DNA from: Spirochaetia bacterium
GTDB lineage: Bacteria > Spirochaetota > Spirochaetia > UBA9216
Direction of reading: 5' to 3'
Assembly (NCBI GenBank): GCA_963675665.1
Contig: OY776510.1
Span: forward strand, 4,640,001 to 4,704,000
DNA length: 64,000 nucleotides
Shown: piece by piece, positions 1 to 10,330 of the stretch
Numbering within the stretch: position 1 is the stretch's first letter
How the letters are laid out: each line of letters opens with the position of its first letter
Made by a program: the position numbers and the translations under genes
Notes under the pieces: generated by a model
Told to the model about the DNA's origin: nothing
The model's input: only the letters and a program-made list of their open reading frames with translations
Databases searched by the model: none

Positions 1-690
1 GCCTTTTATTGGTGACTCCAGCACTGCTTCAAGTTTAACGCCGTCCTCAGCCAAGCCCGCAGCCGTTTGCCGGAGAACCGCAACAAGCAGCAGCCTGTCC
101 CGTATAATACCGTCAAAGCCTTCTGTTTCCGATAGTTCAAACTGCGGTTTAATCAGAGCGATCAGAAGATTGGCTTTCGTCAACTTAAGAATATGTGAAG
201 CAGCGCCCCTTATCGATCGAAAAGATAAATCGGCTACCGCAAAATCCGGTCGGGGGTCAAGCGATACAACAGACATAACATTGGTCTTTTCAAGCACATT
301 AACACGGCAGTCGGTTCGCAGTCTGTAATCAAGCTGATTATAACCGACATCAATCGAATGGACCTTTGCCGCACCATAGTACAGCAAACAGTCGGTAAAC
401 CCCCCGGTAGAAGCCCCGGCATCAATGACCGTTTTATCTTTAACATCTATTCTCCATTCCAGAACAGCATGTTCAAGCTTTTCTCCGCCTCTTGAAACCC
501 ATTTTCGGGATTGTATTTCTATTGTTGCACCAGGAATAACCATTCGCCCGGGTTCGCGAATTGTCTCCCTGTTAACCTTCACCTCACCGCACATTATCAT
601 CGAATATAATTCCTTCTCGGTGTATTCACCATACCGGTTAGAGAGAATTCTGATTAATGGTTCTTTTTTAGGCTTGCGCTCTGTCTTCAT
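1..690 (-). CDS. tlyA: TlyA family rRNA 2'-O-methyltransferase (3' end beyond window start)
   Basis: Not in ORF track. Manual translation from ATG at 690: MKTERKPKKEPLIRIL...VSRGGEKL...IDAGASTGGFTDCLL...IDVGYNQL...DLSFRS...LIKPQFE...SPIKG, the TlyA motifs. Confidence 0.9.
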   Translation of the reverse strand, partial: MKTERKPKKEPLIRILSNRYGEYTEKELYSMIMCGEVKVNRETIREPGRMVIPGATIEIQSRKWVSRGGEKLEHAVLEWRIDVKDKTVIDAGASTGGFTDCLLYYGAAKVHSIDVGYNQLDYRLRTDCRVNVLEKTNVMSVVSLDPRPDFAVADLSFRSIRGAASHILKLTKANLLIALIKPQFELSETEGFDGIIRDRLLLVAVLRQTAAGLAEDGVKLEAVLESPIKG

Positions 691-695
691 TCCCG

Positions 696-1490
696 TTACA
701 GGCTTTTTTCGTTTATTCGCTGTATATTTAAAGTTTTACCGTTATTTTTATCAATCGTCAGCAGAACGCCGTTCATTGTAGCAGGTATATCCTCTATTTC
801 CATTTTAAGCGGCATCTGTGTCTGCTGTCTTTTTATTGCAGTATCGCTGTTAGAACCAATGACACCGGCTTCAGGTCCTGTCATACCTATATCAGTTATA
901 TATGCGGTTCCGTTTTCCAGAATACGCTCATCACCGGTTTGTATATGGGTGTGAGTTCCTGTAACAGAAGAAACCTGTCCGTCAAGATAAATAGCCAGGG
1001 CTTCTTTCTCTTCAACATTTTCAGCATGGAAATCGACAATTATTATATCTGTTTCCTTCTTAAGTTTTCTTACTTCTTCCTTTCCTACGCTAAACGGACA
1101 ATCCAGATTTGACATATCTACACGTCCCTGCAAATTTAAAAAAGCAACTTTTGTTCCCTTTACATCAACAATACATGAACCGTGTCCGGGGGCCTTTTTG
1201 GGGTAATTGGCAGGCCTCAGTAATTCCGGTTTTGATTCAAGCATCGGAAAAATTTCCTTTTTCTGCCAGACATGGTTGCCGGTAGTTATTACATCTGCTC
1301 CGCTTGAAAAAATCATCTGCGCATTTTCGGGCAGAATGCCGAAACCGTCTGCAGCATTCTCGCCGTTTACCATAACTACATCGGCTTTATATTTTTTAAC
1401 GAGTTTTTTTATTCCTATAAAAACAGCCCTGCAGCCTGGCTGACCAATTATGTCACCAAGAAGCAGGGCATTTATCGTATCAGACATCAT
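696..1490 (-). CDS. ymdB: YmdB/TIGR00282 family metallophosphoesterase
   Basis: GDIIG, NGENA, TTGNH, DFHAE, GTHTH motifs; typical position downstream of rny. Confidence 0.92.
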   Translation of the reverse strand: MMSDTINALLLGDIIGQPGCRAVFIGIKKLVKKYKADVVMVNGENAADGFGILPENAQMIFSSGADVITTGNHVWQKKEIFPMLESKPELLRPANYPKKAPGHGSCIVDVKGTKVAFLNLQGRVDMSNLDCPFSVGKEEVRKLKKETDIIIVDFHAENVEEKEALAIYLDGQVSSVTGTHTHIQTGDERILENGTAYITDIGMTGPEAGVIGSNSDTAIKRQQTQMPLKMEIEDIPATMNGVLLTIDKNNGKTLNIQRINEKSL

Positions 1491-1494
1491 TCCG

Positions 1495-3024
1495 TTATCT
1501 TGCGTACTCGGTCACTCTGGTTTCCCGGATAATAGTAACTTTTATACGTCCCGGGTACCTCAGCTCATCCTCTATACGCTTGGCAATATCCTTTGCAAGT
1601 ATTTTTGAGTCATCATCACTTACAGCTTCGTTATTTACCATAATTCTTAATTCACGACCAGCCTGAATCGCAAAAGCCTTTGAAACACCTTCGAAATCTT
1701 CAGCAATATTTTCAAGGTTCTCAAGGCGTTTGATGTAATTATTCAGCGTTTCACGTCTTGCGCCCGGTCTTGATGCTGATATCGCATCTGCAACCTGTAC
1801 TATCACAGCTTCGATTGTCTGAGGCTCCACATCATTGTGATGTGCAATTATGGCATTAACAACCCGAGGGTCTTCACCCATCTTTTTCGCCAGGCCTGAA
1901 CCCAACTCAGCATGGTTTTCATCGCCTTCGCTCTCAATACCTTTGCCGATATCATGCAGCAAAGCAGCTCTTTTGGCAATTTCCCTGTCCGCACCAATTT
2001 CAGCAGCAATCATGCCGGCTATTACAGCTACTTCCTTTGAGTGATCAAGCACATTCTGTGCATAACTGGTTCTGTAGCGAAGCCTTCCGAGAGCACGGAC
2101 TCCATCCTGCGGAATATTATGAATACCCAGGTCAAAAACAACCTTTTCACCTTCTTCAATGATGGTTTGATTTATCTCTTTGGTTACTTTGTTAACAACC
2201 TCTTCGATTCTTGCCGGATGTATTCTTCCGTCCGAAATCAACCTCTCAAGAGCCACTCTTGCTATCTCTTTTCTTACAGGATCAAAACATGAGATAACCA
2301 CTGCTTCGGGAGTATCATCTATAATGATATCCACCCCGGTCAGAGTTTCAAGAGAACGAATATTTCGTCCCTCACGGCCGATAATCCGGCCTTTCATCTC
2401 ATCATTCGGCAGGTTTACCGATGTAATAGTTACATCAGAACTTACTTCCGTGGCCAAACGCTGAATTGTGCCCATTATTATGCTGCGAGCTTTTTTATCC
2501 GCATTTTTCTGGGCTTCCTGTTCTACTTTATTAACAAGAACAAGAGCATCCTTTTTAGCCTCACTCTCCATAGATTTTATTATTAAATCTTTGGCTTCAT
2601 CACCGGTGATACCGGCAATTTTTTCGAGCTCAGCCTTCCAGCGCTCCTCTTCTTTTTCGAGATAATTTTCTTTTTCTCTTAACTTATCCTCTCGCCCGAC
2701 AATAGCACGTTCCTGATTCTCCAGTGCTGCTGACTTTCTGTCTAGATTTTCTTCTCTTTGTAACGACCTTCTTTCAAGTCTCTGAATTTCATTCCTTCTT
2801 TCTCTGAGCTCCTTTTCCTGTTGAGCTCTTTCTTTAAGCAGTTCGTCTTTCGTCTCCAGCAATAACTCTCGTTTTTTTGCTTCAGCTTCCTTAACTGCAT
2901 CCTGATTCAAACGTGCAGCTTTCTGCTCCGACGAAGACAACTGAAATCTGGCATAAAGCCATCTTATTATCCAACCTAGAACTATTCCAACGAGAGGAAG
3001 AATTATCAACTTAAAATCAAGCAT
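1495..3024 (-). CDS. rny: Ribonuclease Y
   Basis: N-terminal TM helix, coiled coil, KH domain (KGRIIGREGRNIR), HD domain (LLHDIGK), SRPGARRE. Confidence 0.97.
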   Translation of the reverse strand: MLDFKLIILPLVGIVLGWIIRWLYARFQLSSSEQKAARLNQDAVKEAEAKKRELLLETKDELLKERAQQEKELRERRNEIQRLERRSLQREENLDRKSAALENQERAIVGREDKLREKENYLEKEEERWKAELEKIAGITGDEAKDLIIKSMESEAKKDALVLVNKVEQEAQKNADKKARSIIMGTIQRLATEVSSDVTITSVNLPNDEMKGRIIGREGRNIRSLETLTGVDIIIDDTPEAVVISCFDPVRKEIARVALERLISDGRIHPARIEEVVNKVTKEINQTIIEEGEKVVFDLGIHNIPQDGVRALGRLRYRTSYAQNVLDHSKEVAVIAGMIAAEIGADREIAKRAALLHDIGKGIESEGDENHAELGSGLAKKMGEDPRVVNAIIAHHNDVEPQTIEAVIVQVADAISASRPGARRETLNNYIKRLENLENIAEDFEGVSKAFAIQAGRELRIMVNNEAVSDDDSKILAKDIAKRIEDELRYPGRIKVTIIRETRVTEYAR

Positions 3025-3056
3025 AATCTTCCTCCATTATACGTCTTACCTGTTGA

Positions 3057-3085
3057 ATTATATTTAAAGAACTTGTATTGGTCAA
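3057..3085 (-). promoter_or_regulatory. Sigma70-type promoter for rny-ymdB-tlyA
   Basis: TTGACC-N17-TATAAT on the minus strand, ~30 nt upstream of the rny start. Confidence 0.7.
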
Positions 3086-3090
3086 GCAAG

Positions 3091-6000
3091 TTATTTTATT
3101 AAAACTCTAATATAATCGGTAAGCTTTTTATCAGCCGTTTTCAAACCGGCAAAAAGATACGCATTCTGTTCCTGGAATTTTACAGGAATATAAAGATAAC
3201 CGCTAAAATGTACTCTATCCTCCTTTTTTATCCGATCATCTATACTTACAATTCCCGACTCACTTCCCTTGACAAACAGAAACGTTTTTTTATCAATAAT
3301 CTGTGTAAAAAATGGTTCATCCATTTTAAAAGCCATGAGGTTACGGCCTCTTGAATCCATTCCTACAGAATATTCCACTTTTACCTTATTACCCTGCGTT
3401 GTTATTATAGCAGCGCATAATGCATTAACTTTCTGTGAAACTCTTAATAAAGACTTGGATATTCCGGTAATATTCATATTGTATTCATTAAGGAAAAGAT
3501 CGTAATCCAAACCGCTATCCGAAAGAAGATTCGAAGATTTATATTCCTTCTTTCCGTAATCTTCATCTGTTTCTGCCGTACTAATATTTAAATCAAGCAG
3601 ATTAACCTCTCTGTCTGAAAATATTGATTTTATTTCACCGCTATCTTCAGAAGCTTTCCCAATAACTGCGTCTACAAGCTCTTTAAAATTCTCATTTTTA
3701 GGCCCGGAACCGGATATTGTATCCTCGGAGATATAAAATATTCCATCCTCTTCCTTAATACTGTCGCCAATATTTTTTGTAAATTCGCCAATAACATCTT
3801 CAAGTGTTAATATTTCAATTCTATCGTTATAAACGTTATTCAGCTCATTAAGAAAATCACGTTCCTCAGGAGACAAGTTGATTGCTACAGCTTCCTGCTC
3901 TTTTTCCGGAACTTTCTTTTCTTTTTTGGTTTCCGAAGATGCAACATCTTTAGTTAAAGGTTCCAGTGGTTGTACCTCGACAGCTATTGACGGCCGCCCT
4001 TCCTTAATTGCCTTATAGTCAATATTATAATTATATTTTTTATAGTATAACGCGGATTTACTATCCCTGACCGGGCTCTCAATCTCTATTACTATTCCCA
4101 CCTCACTTTCAGAATCATCTTCGAAGAGTTCAAGCTCTTCGACTTCCTCGAGAACTTCCTCGGAAGGTATTTCCTCAACTTTACCTCCCAACTCAGAAGA
4201 TGATTCCTCAAGTTCCTCAAGTTCCTCAAGTTCCTCAAGTTCCTCAAGTTCCTCAAGTTCCTCAAGTTCCTCAAGTTCCTCAAGTTCCTCAAGTTCCTCA
4301 AGTTCCTCAAGTTCCTCAAGCTCCTCAAGCTCGTCAAGTTCCTCTAGTTCCTCAAGTTCTTCTGCTACTTCCAGGAGTTCAACTGGCGACTCACTTTCCA
4401 CTTCCTCAAGCTCGTCAAGTTCTTCAAGTTCCTCAAGCTCCTCTGTTACTTCCAGAAGTTCAACTGGCGACTCACTTTCCACTTCCTCAAGCTCATCAAG
4501 TTCTTCAAGTTCACCAGAAAAGTCCTCGTCTAATTCCTCAAGTGTTTCAATCTCTTCATAATCCTCAGACACATCATTTTCTGCAACGGTTTCTATCTCA
4601 AATTCATCGTCAAAAACAGCAATATCGCCAACAGCATTCTGCTCCTTAAACATCTCTTCAAGATTAAAAGGTTCACTACCAAGGATATCTTTATCAGGAT
4701 AAATCTCTCTCAACTTCTCCTGCAGGCTTGTTTCTTCAGGTTTTTCTATATCATTTTCAATTGTTATAGTGAATTCTTCATCAAATTCTTTTACAAATAT
4801 ATGGTCAACCCGTATTCCGGTTTCTATTCTTTCTTCTTTCACGACGAGTTTCTCGGGAAATTCTTTCTCATCTTCTTCGAGCTCGGCGACTTCTTCAAAG
4901 TCGCTTACTTCTTCGAGCTCTTCGACTTCACTGAGTTCCTCAGCTTCACCTAGCTCTTCTACTTCTTCAAGCTCCTCTACCTCTTCAACTTCTTCTAAAC
5001 TCTCCGCAGGAGAGTATTCTTCGAGCTCTTCAGCTTCTTCAAGCTCTTCAGCTTCTTCTATTGCTTCAACTTCATCAAGCTCTTCTAAACTCTCCACAGG
5101 AGAGTATTCTTCTACGTCCTCAAGCTCGGCGACTTCTTCAAAGTCGCTTACTTCTTCGAGCTCTTCGACTTCACTGAGTTCCTCAGCTTCACCTATCTCT
5201 TCAACTTCATCAAGCTCTTCTAAACTCTCCGCAGGAGAGTATTCTTCAAGCTCTTCTGCTTCCTCAAGCTCGGCGACTTCTTCTATTGCTTCAACTTCTT
5301 CTAATTCTTCAGCTTCTTCGAGCTCTTCAACTTCTTCGAGTTCGGCGACTTCTTCAAGCTCTTCTGCTTCTTCTAGTGCCTCAACTTCATCAAGCTCTTC
5401 AACTTCTTCTAATTCTTCAACTTCTTCAAGCTCTTCAGCTTCTTCTAATTCTTCAACTTCCTCAAGCTCTTCTAAACTCTCCGCAGGAGAGTATTCTTCG
5501 AGCTCTTCTGCTTCTTCTAGTGCCTCAACTTCATCAAGCTCTTCTAAACTCTCCGCAGGAGAGTATTCTTCGAGTGCTTCTAAACTCTCCACAGTAGAGT
5601 ATTCTTCTACCTTTTCAAAATCAGTTTCTTCTTTTGGAAAATCTGCTTTCTTTATCTTTTCAACCCGGCTTAATTCTGCTCCATCAGCATTTATTATAAA
5701 ATTTCCTTTCGAGATTGCCTTTTGTATGATGTTCTCAATGTTCTTTAAATCAAGCTGTTGAACAGGTTCTTTTAAACTCTTTTCACTCAGTATGTTTAGT
5801 ATCTCTTCCCAATTTTTGTCCAATAATTGGTTATATTCCTCATTTTCAGCTATTTTACCAAGACCTTTTTTAATTTCCTTATTGATTTCCTGCTTATGCA
5901 GCCGGATATTGTCACTGACGGCTTTCCAGTTTAATTCATCTCTTTTACTTATAAATTCTTTTAGAAAACTTACTTGAAGAGTTTTTATTCTGTCAGCCAT

Positions 6001-6948
6001 AATTGTATCGGTATCCTGTCGGATATTCAGAATAAGAAACACTATCAGGAACAGAGTAATACCGAATGAAGCAATAAGCAGGTATTTCAGACCGTTAGTT
6101 AAAACAAATTCAGATTCATTAATTTTTAGACCGCTATACCCATAATGTTCATTCTTAGAACAGAAAATATATACATTTTCTCCGTCTATATTTAACGGAA
6201 GCATAAAAGTATCTTCCGAAAGCTCTCCATACTGCTTATCAATTTCAGATAATATAGAAACTGAGACATTATCAAGATTTATAATGTAGCCATTATTGAC
6301 AATTTGAAGTGTATTACCAAGTTCAAGAACAGAACTTCTCACAAGATACTGAAATAACTCTTTTACCGAAGTGTAAAAAAGAGCGTACCCTTTTATTCTT
6401 TCAAGATTATCATAAACCGGAAAAATATAAATAATCCTGCTATTATCTGCATCCAGCTTTATTTTACCGTTTTTATCAAGTTCACTTTCCAACCCTGAAA
6501 CATCCATCCCTTCAGTTGCAGAATCATAGTTGGTATATACTTTTTTATATTGTGAATCTTCCTTAAGATCGCTATCTAATGAACTGTAATGTATTTTAGA
6601 TTCGGAGTCTATCAGACGTACAAAAAGAAGGCCTCTTGCTTCCTTTTTTATTGTATTAAACAGATTTTCAGTGTTAAAGATATCTTCCTGGCTAAGATTC
6701 GGCAGAAAATTCCTGGATAGAGAACTGGTGTCATAAATAATTTTAAAGGTGTCAAGATTTTGTTTATGGTATAAATCTATATTCTTTGCTAATACAGATG
6801 ATTCTTTTTCATTAAACTGGCTGACACGAGTATGATAAAAGGTTGCTTCTATATAATCAAATAATCCGGAGAATGAAATAAAAATGAATACCGCAAATAT
6901 TATCACACTAATCAACAAACTCAGTGCAATTTTAAATCCTGATTTCAT
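3091..6948 (-). CDS. Large membrane protein: TM, extracytoplasmic Cache-like domain, TM, very long Glu-rich repeat tract, C-terminal GAF-like domain
   Basis: 1285 aa; hydrophobic segments at ~aa 6-30 and ~289-308; EEL and EEYSPAESLEEL repeats at ~aa 440-940. The C-terminal GAF-like assignment (KVNALCAAII...SVGMD...YLYIPVKFQEQNAYLFAG) is by eye. Confidence 0.7.
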   Translation of the reverse strand: MKSGFKIALSLLISVIIFAVFIFISFSGLFDYIEATFYHTRVSQFNEKESSVLAKNIDLYHKQNLDTFKIIYDTSSLSRNFLPNLSQEDIFNTENLFNTIKKEARGLLFVRLIDSESKIHYSSLDSDLKEDSQYKKVYTNYDSATEGMDVSGLESELDKNGKIKLDADNSRIIYIFPVYDNLERIKGYALFYTSVKELFQYLVRSSVLELGNTLQIVNNGYIINLDNVSVSILSEIDKQYGELSEDTFMLPLNIDGENVYIFCSKNEHYGYSGLKINESEFVLTNGLKYLLIASFGITLFLIVFLILNIRQDTDTIMADRIKTLQVSFLKEFISKRDELNWKAVSDNIRLHKQEINKEIKKGLGKIAENEEYNQLLDKNWEEILNILSEKSLKEPVQQLDLKNIENIIQKAISKGNFIINADGAELSRVEKIKKADFPKEETDFEKVEEYSTVESLEALEEYSPAESLEELDEVEALEEAEELEEYSPAESLEELEEVEELEEAEELEEVEELEEVEELDEVEALEEAEELEEVAELEEVEELEEAEELEEVEAIEEVAELEEAEELEEYSPAESLEELDEVEEIGEAEELSEVEELEEVSDFEEVAELEDVEEYSPVESLEELDEVEAIEEAEELEEAEELEEYSPAESLEEVEEVEELEEVEELGEAEELSEVEELEEVSDFEEVAELEEDEKEFPEKLVVKEERIETGIRVDHIFVKEFDEEFTITIENDIEKPEETSLQEKLREIYPDKDILGSEPFNLEEMFKEQNAVGDIAVFDDEFEIETVAENDVSEDYEEIETLEELDEDFSGELEELDELEEVESESPVELLEVTEELEELEELDELEEVESESPVELLEVAEELEELEELDELEELEELEELEELEELEELEELEELEELEELEELEELEELEESSSELGGKVEEIPSEEVLEEVEELELFEDDSESEVGIVIEIESPVRDSKSALYYKKYNYNIDYKAIKEGRPSIAVEVQPLEPLTKDVASSETKKEKKVPEKEQEAVAINLSPEERDFLNELNNVYNDRIEILTLEDVIGEFTKNIGDSIKEEDGIFYISEDTISGSGPKNENFKELVDAVIGKASEDSGEIKSIFSDREVNLLDLNISTAETDEDYGKKEYKSSNLLSDSGLDYDLFLNEYNMNITGISKSLLRVSQKVNALCAAIITTQGNKVKVEYSVGMDSRGRNLMAFKMDEPFFTQIIDKKTFLFVKGSESGIVSIDDRIKKEDRVHFSGYLYIPVKFQEQNAYLFAGLKTADKKLTDYIRVLIK
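4204..4320. repeat. Perfect 9-bp tandem repeat (TTCCTCAAG)x13 encoding (LEE)n
   Basis: 13 identical units counted directly; degenerate units continue to ~4510, including a duplicated ELEEVESESPVELLEV block. Confidence 0.95.
4870..5610. repeat. Degenerate coding tandem repeats (EEYSPAESLEELDEVE / EEAEELSEVEELEEVSDFEEVAEL units)
   Basis: Recurrent TCTAAACTCTCC(G/A)CAGGAGAGTATTCTTC blocks and a duplicated longer unit (~4870-4980 vs ~5120-5220). Confidence 0.85.
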
Positions 6949-7062
6949 TAAAACCTTTTATCTCCCAGCTTTATATATAGCATGTTTCAAATGTTTTTCT
7001 CTGACAACATTGCTATTCCTTATATTTTCGGCACTTATGAAACATCTTTGAAGCCATATTAT

Positions 7063-7090
7063 AAAAAAAGAGGGTGCTTTACACCCTCTT
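7063..7090 (-). terminator. Intrinsic terminator after rplQ (end of alpha operon)
   Basis: AAGAGGGTG-5 nt-CACCCTCTT hairpin followed by a T run on the minus strand. Confidence 0.75.
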
Positions 7091-7122
7091 CTTACTTAAG
7101 AAAAGCTTATTTATTATAACCG

Positions 7123-7716
7123 TTATTCCTCAACATCGTTCTTTTCTTCAGACGGTTCTTCAGATTCTTCTGTCGAATCTTCCACCACAGCGTCTGCTGA
7201 AACCTCTTCAGCTTCAACAGCTTCTTTCTTATCTTCCGCTTCAGGCTTCGCCTCTTCAGTAACTTCTTCTTTTGCATCAGCCTTTTCAGGTTCAACTTTC
7301 TTAGTTTCAGCTTTTGCAGGTTTAGCCTTTTTCTTCGAAGACTTCTTTCCGCTTTCAACTTCATCAAAAACAAGTTCAAGAATTACCATCTCTGCGGCGT
7401 CACCTTTTCTGAACCCTGTTTTTAGAATTCTTGTATATCCGCCAGGCCTGTTCTTATTGGCAGGTCCTATTTCGGTAAAAAGCTTATTCAGAACCTCTGC
7501 ATCCTTAATGTCTTTATTGACAATTCTTCTATTATGCACTGAATCAACCTTGGCTCTTGTAATCATTTTTTCGGCTGTCTTTCTGATTTCAAGCGCTTTT
7601 GCCTTTGTAGTATTGATTCTTTCATATCTGAATAGAGAGGTTACCATATTTCTTGTCATTGCTACTCTGTGGCTTGTTTTTCTGCTTAGCTTGTTAAAAC
7701 CAACCCTATTATGCAT
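7123..7716 (-). CDS. rplQ: 50S ribosomal protein L17 with acidic C-terminal extension
   Basis: [17 protein letters not shown]...[10 protein letters not shown]...RKGDAA. Confidence 0.97.
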   Translation of the reverse strand: MHNRVGFNKLSRKTSHRVAMTRNMVTSLFRYERINTTKAKALEIRKTAEKMITRAKVDSVHNRRIVNKDIKDAEVLNKLFTEIGPANKNRPGGYTRILKTGFRKGDAAEMVILELVFDEVESGKKSSKKKAKPAKAETKKVEPEKADAKEEVTEEAKPEAEDKKEAVEAEEVSADAVVEDSTEESEEPSEEKNDVEE

Positions 7717-8761
7717 CTTCTTCTTCCTTCTTTGACTGTAATTTACGCGAAGTTTTAAGCACGCTATAATCGGTCATGCCTAGGCTTAAACCCCACTCAC
7801 TCAATTTTTCTTTGATTTCAAGAAGAGATTTCTTACCGAAATTCCTTGTTTTGGCTATTTCATCCTCACTTCTTCTTGTAAGATCACCGATGGTTTTGAT
7901 GTTCGCATTTTTAAGACAATTACTTGAACGAACCGACAGTTCAAGTTCTTCAACAGGAGTATCAAGAATCGTTTTGATACGTTCCTCTTCTTCGTCGACT
8001 TCTTCATCACCACCGATACTGTCTTCATCAAAGTTTATAAAAATAGTGAAATGATCCTTAGCGATTTTGGCGGCTTCAGCTACTGCATCTTCCGGTGATA
8101 TTGTACCATCCGTTTCTACTTCAAGTACCAGCTTGTCATAATCATTTCTCTGCCCGATTCTTGTATTCTCAATTTCATAGCTTACTCTGAGAACAGGTGA
8201 GAATACGGAATCAATTGCAATAGTACCGATTATTTCAATATATTTCTCGTTAATCTCGGCAGGAATATATCCCCTTCCAAGGTCAATCTGAACTTCAATA
8301 TCAAGATTCGCATTTTCCATCATTGTTGCAATCTTGAGATCTTCGTTAAAAATTTCAATCTCTTCATCAACTTTAAATGAAGCTCCGGTTATTTCACCGG
8401 CACCCTTCAGATCAATATTGATGATTTTCTGCTCAACATCTTCAGGTAATTTTATTTTTAACGCTTTAAGATTATTTATAACTTCAGGGGTATCTTCAAC
8501 AACCTCGGGAATTGATTCAAATTCGCTTGAGATCATATGAGGGTTACCTTCCTCATCGTAACTCGTAATCTTAATTGCAGAAACAGCATATCCCTGTATT
8601 GATGAAAGAAGAACTCTCCTAAGAGTATTTCCGATTGTTGTACCGTACCCTCTTTCAAACGGATAAGCAGTAAATTTACCTACATTACTGCTTATCTCAC
8701 TGTGCTCAAAAGATATACCTTTCGGCTTCTTAAATCCTTTTAAAAGATTTTTTCGCGCCAT
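7709..8761 (-). CDS. rpoA: RNA polymerase alpha subunit
   Basis: [21 protein letters not shown]; [19 protein letters not shown]. Start moved to ATG 8761 (MARKNLL), which follows a GGAG SD. Confidence 0.98.
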   Translation of the reverse strand: MARKNLLKGFKKPKGISFEHSEISSNVGKFTAYPFERGYGTTIGNTLRRVLLSSIQGYAVSAIKITSYDEEGNPHMISSEFESIPEVVEDTPEVINNLKALKIKLPEDVEQKIINIDLKGAGEITGASFKVDEEIEIFNEDLKIATMMENANLDIEVQIDLGRGYIPAEINEKYIEIIGTIAIDSVFSPVLRVSYEIENTRIGQRNDYDKLVLEVETDGTISPEDAVAEAAKIAKDHFTIFINFDEDSIGGDEEVDEEEERIKTILDTPVEELELSVRSSNCLKNANIKTIGDLTRRSEDEIAKTRNFGKKSLLEIKEKLSEWGLSLGMTDYSVLKTSRKLQSKKEEEDA

Positions 8762-8777
8762 GTGTACTCCCTGTTTT

Positions 8778-9413
8778 TTATCTTGAATAGAGCTCAACGA
8801 TAAGCTGTTCGTTCAGATCTGCAAGATCAGCTACATCGCTTCTGAGCGGTATCGCTTTAACTGTTCCCTTCATTGCATCAGGATCAATTTCGATCCACGG
8901 GTAAACACCGGATTTGGTGTATTCCTTAAGGCTCTCTTTGATAACAACCATATTCTTGCTGTTTTCTTTCACTTCAATTACATCGCCTTCCCGAACGATA
9001 TAAGAAGATATTGTTACCTTTTTTCCGTTAACCTTAATATGTCCGTGAGACACCAGCTGCCTGGCCTGATTTCTTGATGAAGCAAATCTCATACGGTAAA
9101 CGATATTATCAAGCCTTCTTTCCAGAAGACAGATAAGATTTTCACCGGTTTTCCCTTTCATGCTGTCTGCTTTTGAGAAGAAAATCTTGAACTGCTTTTC
9201 AAGCATTCCATATGTTCTTTTAAGTTTCTGTTTCTCTCTTAACTGCAGCCCGTAATCCGAAACTTTTCCAGCCCTGGTTCTCGGACCCTTTCCGGGAGGA
9301 TTTCTCTTCTTTGTTATAGGGCATTTCGAACCTTTACATCGGTCGCCTTTAAGATATAGTCTCTTCTTTTCAGCACGGCAAAGCCTGCACTGAGGTCCTG
9401 TATTTCTTGCCAT
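8778..9413 (-). CDS. rpsD: 30S ribosomal protein S4
   Basis: [13 protein letters not shown]...[11 protein letters not shown]...IVELYSR. Confidence 0.98.
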   Translation of the reverse strand: MARNTGPQCRLCRAEKKRLYLKGDRCKGSKCPITKKRNPPGKGPRTRAGKVSDYGLQLREKQKLKRTYGMLEKQFKIFFSKADSMKGKTGENLICLLERRLDNIVYRMRFASSRNQARQLVSHGHIKVNGKKVTISSYIVREGDVIEVKENSKNMVVIKESLKEYTKSGVYPWIEIDPDAMKGTVKAIPLRSDVADLADLNEQLIVELYSR

Positions 9414-9423
9414 GATATTCTCC

Positions 9424-9804
9424 TTATACCCTTCTGCTCTTTCTCGGTCTGCATCCGTTATGCGGAATAGGCGTCATATCAACAATGCCTTTAACCCACA
9501 ATCCCAGATTACCAAGAGAACGTATAGCGGACTCACGGCCGACACCCGGACCTTTTACATAAACATGTACTGATTGCAGCCCGTAATCCATTGCTTTCTT
9601 GGCAGCAGTTTCTGCTGTTGTCTGTGCAGCATATGGAGTAGACTTCTTGGCTCCCCTGAATCCCAGACCGCCTGCGCTTGCCCATGAAACAGCGTTACCG
9701 TTCAAATCAGTTATTGTAACTATTGTATTATTGAAGGTAGCCTGAATATAGACATTTCCTTCGTGAACCGTCTTCTTCTCTTTCTTTTTCTTAACCTTAG
9801 CCAA
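9424..9804 (-). CDS. rpsK: 30S ribosomal protein S11
   Basis: ATFNNTIVT...KKSTPYAAQ...[10 protein letters not shown]. Confidence 0.98.
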   Translation of the reverse strand: MAKVKKKKEKKTVHEGNVYIQATFNNTIVTITDLNGNAVSWASAGGLGFRGAKKSTPYAAQTTAETAAKKAMDYGLQSVHVYVKGPGVGRESAIRSLGNLGLWVKGIVDMTPIPHNGCRPRKSRRV

Positions 9805-9821
9805 TGCTTTCTACCTCCGGC

Positions 9822-10196
9822 CTATTTAGTTGCTTTTTTCTTTCCGGCAACAGTTTTCTTCTTGCCCTTTCTTGTACGTGCATTGGTTTTAGTCCTCTGT
9901 CCCCGTACCGGCAAGCCTCTTCTGTGTCTGAGACCCCTGTAACAGCCGATATCCATCAGCCTTTTAATGTTAAGCGCATTCTCAGTTCTCAGCCGTCCTT
10001 CGACCTTATATTCATTATCAAGTATCTGTCGAAGCTTGGCAACATCATCACTTGATAGATCATTCATTCTGCTTTCCGGATCAACCTTCAATTTTTCGCA
10101 GATTTCAACAGCTGTTGTCTGGCCGATCCCGTATATATAGGTTAAAGCGATCTTAATTTGTTTATTAGGAAGGTCTACACCTGAAATTCGTGCCAT
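9822..10196 (-). CDS. rpsM: 30S ribosomal protein S13
   Basis: [10 protein letters not shown]...[26 protein letters not shown]. Confidence 0.98.
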   Translation of the reverse strand: MARISGVDLPNKQIKIALTYIYGIGQTTAVEICEKLKVDPESRMNDLSSDDVAKLRQILDNEYKVEGRLRTENALNIKRLMDIGCYRGLRHRRGLPVRGQRTKTNARTRKGKKKTVAGKKKATK

Positions 10197-10206
10197 AAAT
10201 ATCCCC

Positions 10207-10320
10207 CTACTTCTGTCTCTGTTTATGTTTTGGGTTTGTACAGATAATTCTCAATACACCCCGTCTTCTTATAACCTTGCATTTATCACACATGGGTTTA
10301 ACACTTGCTCTTACTTTCAT
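10207..10320 (-). CDS. rpmJ: 50S ribosomal protein L36 (Zn-ribbon type)
   Basis: Not in ORF track. Manual translation: [37 protein letters not shown]. Confidence 0.97.
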   Translation of the reverse strand: MKVRASVKPMCDKCKVIRRRGVLRIICTNPKHKQRQK

Positions 10321-10330
10321 TTGTCACCCC

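Noticed and set aside
3025-3090. 6S RNA upstream of rny
   Set aside because: The gap is only 66 bp and is filled by a promoter and SD.
4200-5761. Plus-strand ORFs with (PQV)n and poly-Ser, and the (RNL)n minus-strand ORF
   Set aside because: Shadow frames of the Glu-rich repeats in the 3091-6948 gene.
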